A DNA stretch of 64,000 nt from Lama glama (GCA_028534125.1 CM052816.1:42286001-42350000); one strand, 5' to 3'; positions 24,430 to 37,758 are shown, counted from the first letter of the stretch. Notes: generated by a model not told the origin, from the letters alone. Numbers and translations: made by a program.

Positions 24430-26260
24430 TCCTTATTTCGCCCAGAACATGCTGTGGGGCTTTCACTAGCATTAAAAAAATACATATGACAGTAGAGTAC
24501 GTTGCCCACAACGGAGTATCATGATTTAAACTTTTTCTTTTTAAATCTAAGGAAAAGGCTACATCAGTCTTCAGCTGGCTCCTAGACTGTTGCCTTTCTC
24601 CCCAATTTGAGCACACCTGGGGAGCAAAACAGCTGGCTTGAACAAAAGAGCTCGCGAAATGCAAAAGTATTAGTGCTACTGGATCAATTTAATCATTTAA
24701 ATCATTTAATCAGGGAATTAACCTAACTTTTAACATACAGACTTAGGCATGAAATAAAAACAACTGGCATTTATTCTACATTCTTCTCACTAAGGGCAGC
24801 ATTATCTGCTTAAAGTAGTGCTGACAATCATTTTCATGTAATACAGATTTGCCCACTTTTCATGGGAAACTTCCCCTGTGTTTAACCACAGCATCTACAT
24901 CTGCTGACAATTAGATGCCAAAGCTGACTGCACATTCACATTTTCTATATGGCAAATATAGAGCATCTTTTACACAAAATGTAAAATGTATTATCATCAG
25001 TGTTACCATAACAATAATCCCATGAAAAAGAGGGATGCTCTGGCAGAACTATAATTTATGGTCCTTGCCTGGGACAGAAATGTAAGAGTCTTGATTTTTC
25101 ATTTCCTGTATAATTACTGCCCACCCCCCAATCATATTATAGCAGATCCTTAAATATAATGTGTGTAAAGATCTCTGGTCCTAAAAGCAAATGAAATGAT
25201 GGTGAGGGTGGCAGAGAGATGCAGTTATTAAAAACTGGTTAAACAAGGATCGTCCTAGCATTTCAGATTGGCTAAAGAAGCAATCAAAGGCTACTGCTGA
25301 CAGACACAGATTGTATGATAAAAAACAGTAAGAGTCACTGGAATAAAGTTTGCTGTAAGTCTTCCCGGGATCAGTCTGTGCTTACAAATTAAAAATCCAT
25401 GATTGATTCTTTTCATGCTCTCTCCTCTCTTTGCTTAGTCATAAGTCTTTCCAGGATACAGACTGGCTATGGGTGGCTGCCTAGGTGTGGTAGGATCTTA
25501 TTTAAGTTCTGGTTTGCGTTGTTAGGCCAGTTTTTGTCTTGAAGTTCTGTTTGCTTTTTTTGTTTTTTTTTGTTTGTTTGTTTTATTTTTTAACTGGTAT
25601 TATATTTCAAGAGCTGTGGTTTGTTTCTTTTGTGCAATTTTTGCCCTGGGAAAACCAACAGAGTGAAGATTATATATAGAACCAATGGGAGACTTCCTTG
25701 ATCAAAATCTTTTTCAGATGAGTGTTTATTATTACTGTCATGTCCTATATCACCTGCTTGAGTAAAGAAAAACATATGAAATAATTAGCTTAAGGTATGT
25801 TTACGGGATGTGACACTTTGACTTTTATTTTTTATGCATCTATTTCTCTAAACACCACAGCTCACAAAGGATCAGAAAATAAAATAAGGATTTTTAACAT
25901 AATGCAACCAAGAAAAAAGTGAGGAGGCCAATTGCTTGCATAATGAGCTAAAAAGTATTGACCTCAGCTCTCTCGGCTGAAGTTCTCTTTATGAATAATG
26001 CTGTTGCTGACAGTTTCATGATTTGCATGTGCAGCTAGCCTCCTGCTGCTCTGATGCTGTGGGTGTGGCCTTCCACAGTGGCACCCCACCCCCCAACCTA
26101 CTGTCTGAGTCGTGCCACAGAAAGATGGTTTAGGACACCAAGCCTCTAAAGCTTTTGTCTTTGGGGAGTTTTCTAAAAGAGTTTTTTCTAAATTCGTAAC
26201 ATCCATGGTCAAATTAGGACAGCCTTCTCAAACTCAGAGTGCATCTTTCTGGGAGATTTG
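24430..26260. promoter_or_regulatory. Candidate enhancer or alternative promoter (repeat-free, motif-dense)
   Basis: ARE/NF-E2 TGCTTAGTCAT 25432-25442, PBX-HOX TGATTGAT 25400-25407, TCF ATCAAAG 25283-25289, RUNX sites, octamer ATTTGCAT 26021-26028. Confidence 0.4.
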
Positions 26261-26269
26261 CCAAATCAA

Positions 26270-26430
26270 ATCATCCAAATTATAATGCTGGAGGGATGTT
26301 AGAAATCATCTAGTCTAAGCCTTTCCTTTACAGATGAGATAAGTAGGGCTCATGGAAGTTAAGTGGTTCGCTGCTGATCACACAAACAGGGCAAAGCTGG
26401 ACAAGACTCCAGCTCTTCCTGGTTCAAAAA
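26270..26430 (-). mobile_element. MIR SINE
   Basis: 'gctggagggatgttagaaatcatctagtct...tttacagatgagataagtagggctcatggaagttaagtgg'. Confidence 0.75.
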
Positions 26431-28539
26431 ACCAGTTAAGCAAAAGGTTCTGTTGTAACTAGAGAATAATTTTTTTTAACAGTTCTTGGCCTTAGTTTTA
26501 TAAATCCAATCAGAGAGAGGGGGAAAAAAGCATAAACCAATGAAAATGTAAATCACAATTATTTAAAAAACAATTCAAGATACAATAGAAGATTTTCACA
26601 AGGCAGTACATAAGACATTTCCAAACTATGTAAATAGTTTTATAACATTATGTATTATTCTGGTAGTAAATGTATAAAATGTATTATAAGACCTAAGCAG
26701 TTGAATAATTTTTATGGGTAGAAGAGTCTGACAAAAAAGTTGAGAGGCCTTTGCTGTAGGCAATTAAATCCAGTGACATGCGGTTTAAAGACATCACAAA
26801 AACCAGGCGAGGATTGTGCCCCCCAGGGGGGCCTTTGAAAAGAAGGTCTCTGAGAAACCTCTAGTCAATTCATCAAGCAGCATAACCAGATGGTGAATAA
26901 TAAACTTATTTAGCTAGTCCATCATTATGTTTAATTTTTGGACTTTGAAAAAGAGACAGGACCAAGATCAGAGAATGGTTTGAAATATTTTATTCCTTCA
27001 ATGCCAACATGCTTAATTATTTCTCCCTAATTGGAGTTCAAATTCAGGGAGTTATTTGAAGATTATTCATCATCTAAATTACATATAACTTTTTTTCCTC
27101 AGAAGTTTGTACCATTTTCAAGATATCCACATTATTCTTCTAAATTAGATGGCAGAGATGGGATCACTAAAGAGATGCATGTAATTGTAGGCAGTGACAT
27201 CATAGGCTGGCAAGGGATCAAGTGAAATCAATAGAAGAGAAATTTCCTGACCTGGGCTCCTTTGAAGACTCCAACAGGAAAAACCTCACCACAGATACAT
27301 TCCTGATAGCCCATTTCAAATAATTCTGGTGCTGTCTGGGGCTCCTACTATCTTGTGAGTTAGCCCTAAGACCATATGACACTGGCCACTGGGCTTTATT
27401 TAGGGTTGAGTTTGGACCATAACATATCAATATTAGGTCACAGGGTTGCCCCAATTAAATGGATGCCTTCCTAGACACAGGCTAGAAAGTCACCCCTAAG
27501 AGTGTGTAAGGACTATTAGTAATCAGTAAATGGAGGCTAGGGCTTAATTCTGGAAGTCTCCTATGACCAACATGATATAAAATACATTTAGTAATATTTA
27601 CTTTCCTTGCATGTCAAAATATCAAAAGACTCCTCTTCTGGTTGGTAAATTGAAGCTGCTCTCAGTCATTTTCATGTCCCCTCATGCATCCTTCAGTAAG
27701 TCCCCTCCCACTGGACCCTCTGTACCTAAAGGCATAGTGCCTGGTACAAGGAGATCCAGCTGCAGCTCCAGGGCATGGATGCTCAGATACTTTGAGTATT
27801 TCCTCTGGTAGAAGCAAGTTTCAGAAGCCATATAGAGACCACGAAGGAGCGAGAATTGAACAATAAAAATTTTAAGAGGGTCTCACCCAGTTGAAAGGGG
27901 GAATGGGTGAAAAGAGTTGAGGAGAAAGAGGACTGAGATGGACTGTGTGGTACACAGAGCTGCCCGGGGGCAGGTATGGGGCATCTCAGAGGGAGGTGCG
28001 AATGGAGGAGGGTAGAGTGTGTCCCCCAGTGACTACATGCTGAGGGCAAGAATCACATACGTTTCCTTCTACACACACCTCTCCTAGTCCTGAATAATCC
28101 CAATTCAAGAGTGCCTATGAAATGTGTGTTTAAAAAGGTCTGACAAATGCAGAAAAGGGAAAAATTGTCTCTTTTTTTTTTTTTTTAAACTTTCACTCTT
28201 AACTTGGTCATCACCGTATTTCCCAGAATTTCCCGTCAGGATGAATTTGCTATCAAGATATGGAAACCACCAAATATAGAAACGAACAGTCAAGCCAGGT
28301 GTGATGGGCGGGGACCGTCCACAGCTCTCAGAAACTGGCCATCATGATCTCTTCCTACTAGTCCCTTTTGTTCTGTCTTCCTATAAGAAACTACCAATTC
28401 AGTCTCTTTTGTCACCAGAGGACATTGTAAGATTTTTTAAATTTAGATATAATGCTGGTTCTGGTCCATAATCCTTTATCTACAATACCAAAATTTTAAA
28501 AGAAAAAAAAAGATTTCTTAACCCATGTGGCAGCAAAAT

Positions 28540-29270
28540 CTGATTTATGGGAAAAGGGAGACCAATCTCCTATGCAGACGAATTCCAAACAAGTTACAGA
28601 TACTCCACCCTCTAGGAGGGGAGCATAATTCCTCTCTTTAAGTACAGGTTGTACAGAGTGACTTACTTCCAACAACTGCAAAATGAAAAGGGGAGAAAAA
28701 AAGAGTAACTTTACAGTGGGGAAACCTTACAAGTACTACCACAGCCAGGTGATCAAGTCTTTGATCAATGATCAACATCAACAGAGAGGTCACATGGATG
28801 GTATGTACCTGTCAGATGTGATGAGAATGGCACTGCTGTGAACTTCCTCTCCAAAATCCATAACCTCAGTCTAATCATGAGAAAATCATCAGACAAATCC
28901 CAACTGAAAGGTGTTCTACAAAATATCCGACCAGTACTTAAACTGTCAAGGTAATCAAAAACAAGTCTGAGAAACTGTCACAGCCAACAAGAGCTTATGC
29001 AGTCCTAAAAACTAAATGTAAAGGAGTGTCCTGGATGGAACAGAAAAGGAAATTAGGTAAAAATTAAGGAAATTTAAATAAAGTACAGATTTTAGCTCAT
29101 AATAATGTTGGTTCAATATTGGTTCATTAATTGTGACAAACGTACCCTACTAAGGTAAGACGCTAACCATATAAAAAACTGGGTACCAGACATATGGGAA
29201 CTCTGTACTATCTTTGCAATCTGCCTATAAATATGAACCTGTTCTAAAATTTTTAAAGCTATTTTTTTAA
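28540..29270 (+). mobile_element. L1MC3/4-like 3' end
   Basis: 'gagtaactttacagtggggaaacc', 'cataacctcagtctaatcatgagaaaatcatcagacaaatcccaactg', 'atatgggaactctgtactatctttgcaa'. Confidence 0.85.
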
Positions 29271-29384
29271 ATGACCTGAACTGACATAAGGCTATGTATA
29301 GTCTTGTCACCTGTACTCATTCAACAGGTTTTGCTATAAAAATATTAATGTATTTGATAACATGGCCCTGCCTCAAATATTCCA

Positions 29385-29492
29385 GGTGCAATGCAATATA
29401 TGGTTTATGACCATATTTCTAAAATCCAAAATATGCTGAATTCTGAAAACATCTGGCCCCAAAGGTTTTAGATAAAAGACCAAATACCTAAA
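29385..29492. mobile_element. TcMar-Tigger-like MITE fragment
   Basis: 'aacatctggccccaaaggttttagataaaagaccaaataccta' resembles Tigger-type termini. Confidence 0.45.
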
Positions 29493-32463
29493 ATACTATC
29501 AGTGCTAATAATATAACTAGTGTGCATTTCAGGTGTCTGGTGGCTTTAGCAGACATTTTCAGTTTAGCCTGAAATTCTAGCCATGATTGGTAGCTGTGAT
29601 AAGAATTTATCATTTACTATGTCCCATACAGTTATGTTTATATAATAATCCAATTGGATCCTTAAGATCTGTAAGCTAGGAATTCTTATACACATTTTTG
29701 GAAAAAGAAAGTGAGCTTCAGAAAGGTCAGGTCACTTGCAAGCAGGGTGACCCAGAGTCAGATGTGAGCGACCCGTCTCTGACACTTTCAGGACCCAATA
29801 TGAAAGGACAAACGGAAGTTCCCCAGCCACTGCCCTGTCCTCCTTTTCTCCCACCCAACACCCACCACCCCATCCTGCAAAGGGTGGACGGCCCAGCCAG
29901 ACTGCCCCAGTAGTCCCTAAGTGTGTTCACAGTTGCCTGGGCAGGGAATTCGAGACCTGAGAGTACAGGGTCTGAAGGCTCAGATGGGCACATGTTTTTG
30001 GTCCCTCAGACTTCTCTCTCCTTTAGGAGGGCTGCAGTTGTCACAGGGTCAGGGAAGACCCTTCAAAGTAGGAATCCAGAGCAGAGTCCTAGATGCCAGA
30101 TCTACAGGTTTGTAAGGCTGGTGTTTAAACGCACATTTGCTTGACTCAAATGCTCACGCTCTTTCTACCATGGCATGTTGCCAAGGACAGAATACACCTG
30201 AGGACCACAATGTCAATTTGAAAACTGACTTTTGAAACACATTGTATTCATAAATTAAAGAGTATCAGAGAGCATGCCTTAGGGTCTAATATTCACATAC
30301 AATACTGGCAAGACAGACTAGTTACAAAGCACTATAATTCAATTTCAAGAAGTTGAAATTCTTATAGATCCCTAAATTCCTCAACTTTGATTTTTAAATA
30401 CATTTACTGAGAATTTTCTGTGTACTAGGCAGCCTGTTTGGAGACTGGCTCCTTTCTAAGGGGCACAGGTTCTAATGGGACAAATTTCTTCTCCCCACCA
30501 AAGGGAAAGGAGGAAAAACAAAGCACAAACTCTTTCCTCCTTACAAACTAATATTTAAAAATGAACGTAACTGATTTCTTACACTGTCTACACTTGCTAG
30601 TTTCTCTGCAGACCATGTGTTATCGGGAAAGCGAAGAGACAAAGTTAAAAGCTTGAGACAGAAAACTGGTACCTTAGATTATGCTGTCTTTTCTCGTTAT
30701 TCACGGGAAGCATATTTCACCTCTTTTTTCAGCTCTTTGAGTTGGCTCTGCACATGTACCCGTCAAATGTGTGGGCAAAGGCGGTTCAATCTCCCAACCA
30801 GAGGGCTCCTTAAAAGCAGGGTCTGTCCGCCCTTCCTCCCAAGAGCCCCCACGGGCCATGGTGCCTCGCTCCCTGCCCTGAGATGCTCCATCTGCCAGTG
30901 GAGACTGAGTGCCAGCTGGAACCCCAGAGAGGCTGGGGAAGTGCCACCTGCACAGGCACTCACTGAGGTCATTGTCTGCCTGGGATCTGAGCTTAAAATG
31001 GATGAGTCTACATTCCTGCAGAGACTCTCCCCTGGCCTTGGCAAGACCACCATTTCATCTTTGCTCTTTTTATTTCCTGAGTGAACAAACTTATGCCAGT
31101 GGAGGCAAGCCATTTTTCCAATCATCGTGTCAGTGTGAGCAGTTCTATCTGCCCCAACCAACAGAGTTGTTGACATCTTACCTCTGTTATTTCGGATGGC
31201 ACGCTTATAGCAAGTAGTCTTTCCGAAGACTTAGACATTAACAGAACCCTAGAACAAGTTCAGAGGTTTTCCGTCCCTCCTGAGACTGTCAGGGAGCACT
31301 GTGCTTCTTTCCCCAGCTGCCCTGACACTCCATAAAAGGTCGTGAGTATGCCAGGCAAGGCTGCTGGTCATGGCAATTCTCAGAAAAGAAGGTCTGGGGC
31401 CATCAGGAGCCTGAGGGCAGAGGGCAGAAGCTTCTTAGCTCTTTACAGCCTTTAGGTTTTACCTTTGATCAAATTAGGTTTTTGGGGGTGTTGCTGTTGT
31501 TTCAATGTTGATCAATTAAGCCTCAAACCTCAGTGAGGGAGGCATCTATGCTCTTTACCGTCCTGGTATTTAACCTAGTGCCCTGCACAAAGAATGGAAA
31601 TACCCTTGGTTGCTGATCAAAGGGCTCCACAAAAACTTTACAAATGTTGTTCCCTCTGCGTGGACCCTGCAGGCACCTCCTCCCCTCAACTTTCACCAAA
31701 TGGCACAGCTGGCTTCTTCTCATTCATTCCTTACCGTTTCCTGAGAGGTCATCCTCACTGAGCTCCCTAAAAAGGCTCCCCACTACTACCACCCCTCCCC
31801 ACTATCCTTTAAGAACACAGTTTTGTAATTCTGCATTTTATTCCTCCACTAACAAAATCCGGTTATTAAAGGAACCAGGATCAGAATGGGGCAAACTGAA
31901 AGTGATCTATCCTCTCCTACTTTGCTCCTTCAAATCTGCTCCTTTCATATGTCCTTCCCTGTCAGTAGATGAAAATTTCTCACTGGCCTCATAGCTATCC
32001 CAGTCACAAATAGTCCCTTTTCTCAAGTGATTTTAATATCAAAACTCCAAACCTAAGTTAACCTGCAATTTCCCCTCTCTGCCAGCTCACATCTGCCTCA
32101 GGCTTGGAAGACTGTACAAGGGGGCAAACGTGACAGCTTTTTCCTCACTCCATCTCCTCCCGTCCTGCCAGCTGTGGATTCAGGCCCATCGAGGTTGGGG
32201 CAGGGGATGGAGAAGAACAGGGATAGAGATCTAACTTGTCAGATATGGCTGTAATCTGGGGTTGGTGCCTCTGCACTTGGCAGACAACCGAGCTTCCCAA
32301 GCCAGTTCTTTATGGGGTTTCAGAGAGCCCCATCAGGGTAGATGTCTTACCCACAGCTGCTTTACTGGACAAGGCCCTTTCTGCTTGGTCCCTTAAGAAG
32401 TTCTCTCTCATTCCCACTCAGTGGCCCCATTCCAGAGGTCTACCTTTTTTTCCAGAGTCACCT

Positions 32464-32909
32464 TGTAACCCAGCAGGACCCTGCGGGGACTTCCAGGGCC
32501 AGATCCCTCCCCCATATCCTCTGCTGTAGCTCCTCTCCCAGGTACCCAGATAATAGTATCTCATGTATATTTTCTGAGTTTTTCAGATGCTAAAAATCAC
32601 CACCAAAGGGAAGAAAATAATGACTTGATGAGAGCAATCTTCTAGTGCCTAGGGGTTGACAGTGTTGACCATCCTGTTACCCCAACATCAACCAGAGAAC
32701 TATGCACAAGCTGGACACCCTTCCCTCACCTGGCCTTTAAATATGCTTTATTGAAACCCTTCGGGGAGTTTAGGGTTTTCTTTGGCATGAGTCATCCCAT
32801 CCTCCACCTTGCTTAGCCCTGCAATAAACCTTTCTCTGCTCCAAACTCCAGCGTTCCAGTTTGTTTGGCCTCATGGTGCATCCGGCACACGAAACTGCAT
32901 TCAGCAACA
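32464..32909 (+). mobile_element. ERV1-class solo LTR (446 bp)
   Basis: TG...CA termini; 4-bp TSD acct (32460-32463 and 32910-32913); TATA-like tttaaata ~32736; AATAAA 32823-32828. Confidence 0.9.
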
Positions 32910-33419
32910 ACCTCATCCCTCCATACAATTCTCCTTGTCAAGTTGCCTTCAAGATGACCCAGTCTGTTCTTTCTTTGGAGGCAATTCTTGCACAGTCAAT
33001 TCCAAAAGTGCTGGCATTCCCAGTGCAGCCACCTCTTTTCTATTGCAACTCTCGCCACCATGTCCCACCCTCTCCAACTCTGGCCTCTGCCTTGAGATGC
33101 CACAGATGTTACTCTCCAGGTTCCCAAACCCCAGGCAACACAGGACACTGCTGTCTCTGAGTGGCTCCCTAGAAGCCTCCCAGCAATGAGGTTTGAGTGC
33201 GGGGACACACAGCCCCTCCATACCCTGGGGTAAGGAGAACCATCCAACACAGTGACAACTCTCCTCAAAGGAACTCTATGCACCAGCACATGAAACTCCA
33301 AGAACACTAAGTCTTCCCACCAATGCCCTGGAGGTGGATGATGGGTCAGGCTGGCAGAACCAGTTCCAAGGTACCCTCTCTGCAAATCCTGCAGAGGTAG
33401 TCTAGCACCTCAATTTAGA

Positions 33420-33650
33420 ACACCAAGGAACCTGACACCTCCTGCTTTGTTCTTTGGTGCCTCAGCCGAAACTAAAACAAATATCCTGTTACTCTTGTTT
33501 GTGGTCAGTCTCCCCATTAGGCTATAAACTTCAGGGGCAGGAAGGGACCTTAGTTGTTTTATTCACCCATACTTCAGCAGAGCCTAGCAGAAGGCCCTGC
33601 ATAGATTTCAAGAAGTTGCTTAATAAATATTTCTTAAAATAATGAATGTA
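33420..33650 (+). mobile_element. L2 3' terminus
   Basis: 'tctccccattaggctataaacttcaggggcaggaagggacc...gagcctagcagaaggccctgcatag...ttaataaatatttc'. Confidence 0.75.
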
Positions 33651-34060
33651 TACCACAATGAAGATGATGACACAGTCACTGTTTAACTGGAGAAGGGGAA
33701 AAATGAGGAGGAGACTTTTGTATTAATCAATAAAATGGCTTATCCTGAAATAAGGTAACTTATGATTCCTTCCCTTGAAAGGACCTCCTGAAAGACCGAA
33801 GTCTAAATCTTAGAACTACAGTTTTCATTTTAAGCCAAAAAATGCCTGAGGCAGACAGCAAATGCTTACACAAGAGTTAACAGATTGGATGCTGGCTGAT
33901 GATGCTAATATCAATTCTTTGTCTAGACATGCAATGCCAGTTCTGCTGACACATTCTCTCAGAGCTTTTTTGCAGGATGTGAAACTGGCCTCTCTGGTTC
34001 AGTGATATTCAGAAATAAGCCTGGACCTCTACAGTGAATACTCTTCAAAGGGACTCCAAC

Positions 34061-34579
34061 TGTAATAGGGAAGAACAAATCTGACTCCATATTATAGATG
34101 TTCCTTTAGCTCTAACCCCATGCTCTGTTTCCTGTGTTTAGTCTTGCTGGTTCTGTCCCTTTTGTAAAAGGCTTTTGCCTATAGCCTGAAATATATAGGA
34201 TAGCCCATTCTCAAGCTCTGATCTTTAAGGATATAACACTTTCCATATTCATATAAAGATAAAAAGTTGCATAACAGAGGATAGCATTTGTCTTGTTGGA
34301 GGTTTACAAGAACATCATGACCTGACCTACATGGACAGCTGCAAGAACAAAGTATGAGGACACCAAGAAGTCTGCAACAACCAACAAACCCCATCCCCTT
34401 TTTATTATAAAAGGAGCCTGAATTCTGACTTGGGGAAGATGGTTCTCTAGGACATTAGTCTGCCATCACCTTAGTCTGCTGACTTTCTGGAAAAAGTCGT
34501 TATTCCTTGCCCCAACACCTTGTTTCCCAATTTATTGGCCTGTTAGGTGGCAAGCAGAACGAGTTTGGACTTGGTAACA
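34061..34579 (+). mobile_element. ERV1 solo LTR, MER41-like (519 bp)
   Basis: TG...CA termini; 4-bp TSD caac (34057-34060 and 34580-34583); MER41-type 'gactccatatt' start; TATA 'tataaaagg'; end 'gagtttggacttggtaaca'. Confidence 0.88.
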
Positions 34580-35169
34580 CAACTCCCATGCTTTGCCCTT
34601 GATGAATCCATCAAGCTCCCTTCCACAGGGGCAGATGGAGAAACAGGGAGGCACCATTGTATTTCAAGAAGTCTGATGCCACATTCTGTCTTTTCACTTA
34701 GCACAAGGGCAGGAGAGGAGAAAAGCTGAAAATGAAAATTCTCCCAGATTCATTCCATGGCAAACCAACCAAATGCATGGGGGTAAGGCTGGATACAAGA
34801 GCTGCTCCCAAAACAACCTAGCAAATGCTCGCCCCATGCAAAGATTTCTTCTATTCTTCAGTACGGTGCTGTGAGGAGGAGTAGGAGGTTTAGAGTTCAA
34901 CCTCAACTGTGGGAAAAATGGAAAGCGGGGCTGTGGAGAGAGCCTGGCCTCACAAGTTGGTGATTGCTCTGCACACTCAGCCTCATTCCCCAGTTCCCTT
35001 CTGTGCAGAACTAATGACAGAGAGAGGATTCCGGAGGCCAAGGCAGAGCCAAGGAAATTGTCTCTCTTAGCAATTGCCCTTAAAAATAAATCTTTAAAAG
35101 AATGAGAATTTCAGATTTGGATTGAGATTCACCTAAGGAGGAGACTTCTAACACAAATAAAAGTTTCAA

Positions 35170-35340
35170 AAATCTGCAATCAAAATAGACCTTAGGAAAC
35201 ATCAACCCTGAGGGCTCCCTTTTACAAATGAAGACACTGAGGTTCTTGGGAAGTTAAGTGACATGATCAAGGTCACAGCTCTCACTGGAACATGTTTTGA
35301 CCAACTGTAGTGTTTTGCTCTTTCTACATCAGACAGCCTT
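35170..35340 (-). mobile_element. MIR SINE
   Basis: 'ttttacaaatgaagacactgaggttcttgggaagttaagtgacatgatcaaggtcacagct'. Confidence 0.8.
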
Positions 35341-36530
35341 CTGTGTATATTCAAGCCTTTCTCTACCCATCCAGGTAGATGAATACAGCCACGCTTCTGA
35401 GATGGATCACATAACTTGATTTAGACAGTCTTCAATTTTTACAGTTGCTCAGCATCCTGTTGTTCCCGTAAATATTAAAATAAGACAGTGCCCCTGCCTC
35501 CAGAAATTTAACTTCAGAGTTACACAAGGTGTTTTAGCCTGAGCATATAAACTAAAGTTTAATCCTTAATCTGCCCCTGAGTCAACAGGATGCTTTGGGC
35601 TAGTCATGAAATTGTCTCAGTTTCTTCATCATTTATGCTGATCTGTCACTTATTAATTTAAAGAAGCTGTCTGTCTGGTAGCTACTAAATAATTGTGGGT
35701 AAAAAACCCTATAAAGATTCTAAGTATAAACTGAGAGCTTATAACTAAGGCATCAAAGCACATAACTTGGATGCTTTCTAATAACCACGACATACAGTAT
35801 TTTACTCTACCAAACAAAGACAGGTGACTGCTAGCAGTCAACCACGTTTCCACAGAAAACATCTCATCATCATACTGTTTGAACATTTCAGAGGCGTTAA
35901 TTAAGCCTGCAGAATTTAAGAGACAAAACTGAAACGGAAATTTGCCTCAAAGCCACTGAGACTGGGTGTGTCACATGTTTCTAAGGTTTTACCTGGCAGA
36001 TAAAGTCTTTCTATTAGCAGAGGAAAAAAAGGACAGCTTTCCCATGACCAAAAAGTCCCTATGTGGCTGGAGTCCTGCTCACCAGTATCAATTTATGTGG
36101 AGGCACCAAAAGAAAATATTTCCAGACAAAGGTAGGCAACAACAGTAAGAAGGAAGCTGATTAAGAAATTAAACCAAACTGTGCTTTGTTTCTCACTGAC
36201 AATATTGTGTGCCATATTATCTATCACTTGGCTAACAGCGGTATTTGTATAGATGGGATAAAAATCAATTCTACTTCTTTGTTTTCAAAAATGCCCACAA
36301 GATGGTTTGAAAGTCCTGATAATGCTCTGTTACCAATGCTCCAGCAGCGTAAGTAATCACTTCAACAATTAACCTACAGAATTATGTGCTTGGCAAAATC
36401 AGCCAAGAAACCCAAGAAAAAGATGGTGCTCATCAGTCTTTAAGAGAACAACTAAACTGGCCTTATAACAGGGATTTACCAAGTTATCTGTAATGGGGAA
36501 AAAGACTTCTTACAACAGATTTTTCTTTTG

Positions 36531-36660
36531 TTAATTTTTCTTTTTGGGGGGGGAGGGAAGGTAATTAGGTTTATTTATTTATTTATTTTTAGAGGAGGTA
36601 CTTGGGACTGAACCCAGGATCTCGTGCATGTGTTCTAGTGCTTGAGCTACACCCTACACC
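36531..36660 (-). mobile_element. Camelid tRNA-derived SINE (Vic-1 type)
   Basis: Reverse complement of the copies at 52088 and 57601 ('gtaattaggtttatttattt...gaggtacttgggactgaacccagga...gtgcatg...tgagctacaccct'); flanked by ttttcttttg on both sides. Confidence 0.85.
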
Positions 36661-36794
36661 TTGCCCCAACTTTTCTTTTGAGATAGTTATGTCATTAAGC
36701 ACTCTGTTTAATACCATACAGGAGATTAGGAATAAAATCATAAATTACTCAGAGAAGAGAATAAATATTTTATAGTAGTAACAATAATGTCTGA

Positions 36795-37427
36795 ATAATT
36801 GAGGTCATGTGACTAGTTCTGACCAATGGACTCTGAGAGAAGGTAACCTGTGTCACTTCCAGGCTGAGGCAGTTAAGAGCCAAAGTGCACAAATTGACTT
36901 ATACAAAAAGAAACAAACTCAGACATAGAAAACAAACTTTTGGTTAGCAATGGGGAGAGGGGTGGTGGGTTGGAGGGATAAATTGGGATTTGGGGGATTT
37001 GCTGATACTATTATATACAAAATAGATACACAACAAGGTTCTACTGTATAGCACAGGGAACTATAGTAAATATCTTGTAATAACCAATAATGAAAAAGAA
37101 TATGAAAAGAAATATAGGTATATGTGTAACTGAAACACAATGCTGTATACCAGAAATTAACACAACAGTGTAAACTGACTATACTTCAGTATAAAAATTC
37201 TTTTAAATTAAAAAAGAGCCAGTGTTCCTTGTTCATCTCTCTTCCCTCTTCCTCTGCCTTAGCAAAACTGAGGGCTACATGTTTCAGATGCTATAGTGCC
37301 ATACAGAGGAAAGCTACTGACTCACTTTGGACTTTACATAAGTAAGAATAAGCCTTTGTCGTGTTAAGCTTATGAGATTTCAGGGGTCGATGATGCAGTA
37401 CTAGGATTAATTACCATGCCGAACATA
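36795..37427 (+). mobile_element. MLT1I/J-like MaLR LTR split by an L1 insertion
   Basis: 'ggtcatgtgactagttctgaccaatgg...gtgtcacttccaggctgaggcagttaagagcc' and 'aataagcctttgtcgtgttaagcttatgagatttcagggg'. Confidence 0.8.
36889..37213 (+). mobile_element. 5'-truncated cetartiodactyl L1 3' end
   Basis: 'ggagggataaattgggatttgggg...ctactgtatagcacagggaactatag...gactatacttcag'; TSD core aagagcca (36875-36882 and 37214-37221). Confidence 0.88.
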
Positions 37428-37573
37428 AAGGCCCTATGGTTGTTCATGGCAGCCTGAAACTTAAATTTATACTACTGGTTTTTTTAAAATACCAGGAAGA
37501 ATAAAGAACATATTTCCTTCTTTTTAGGTTTTTAAAAAATTTTCTCAATTTTTCTGGTCCTGCAGTCTGAGAT

Positions 37574-37758
37574 AGTGGTTCTCAAAGTCTGGTTCCTAAG
37601 ACCAGTAGCATCAGCATTACCTGGGAGTTTGATAGAAATGCATATTCCCAGACCTCACCCCAGGCTGCTTAATCAGAAACTTTGGTGGTGGGGTCCAGCA
37701 ATCTGTGTTTTAACATGCCCTCGTAGAAATTCAAAACACTCAAGTTTAAGAACAAATG
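37574..37758 (+). mobile_element. MER5A hAT-Charlie MITE, full length
   Basis: 'agtggttctcaaagtctggtt...gcatcagcattacctgggagtttgatagaaatgcatattcccag...caagtttaagaacaaatg'. Confidence 0.9.

Noticed and set aside
30617..33385. Cluster of overlapping 100-155 aa ORFs
   Set aside because: They overlap on both strands in locally GC-richer or repeat-derived DNA, many start at GTG/TTG, and none has a recognisable domain; this fits chance.
34061..34579. MER41-like LTR as an interferon-inducible enhancer
   Set aside because: I found no TTCN3GAA motif; ttctggaa has only a 2-nt spacer.
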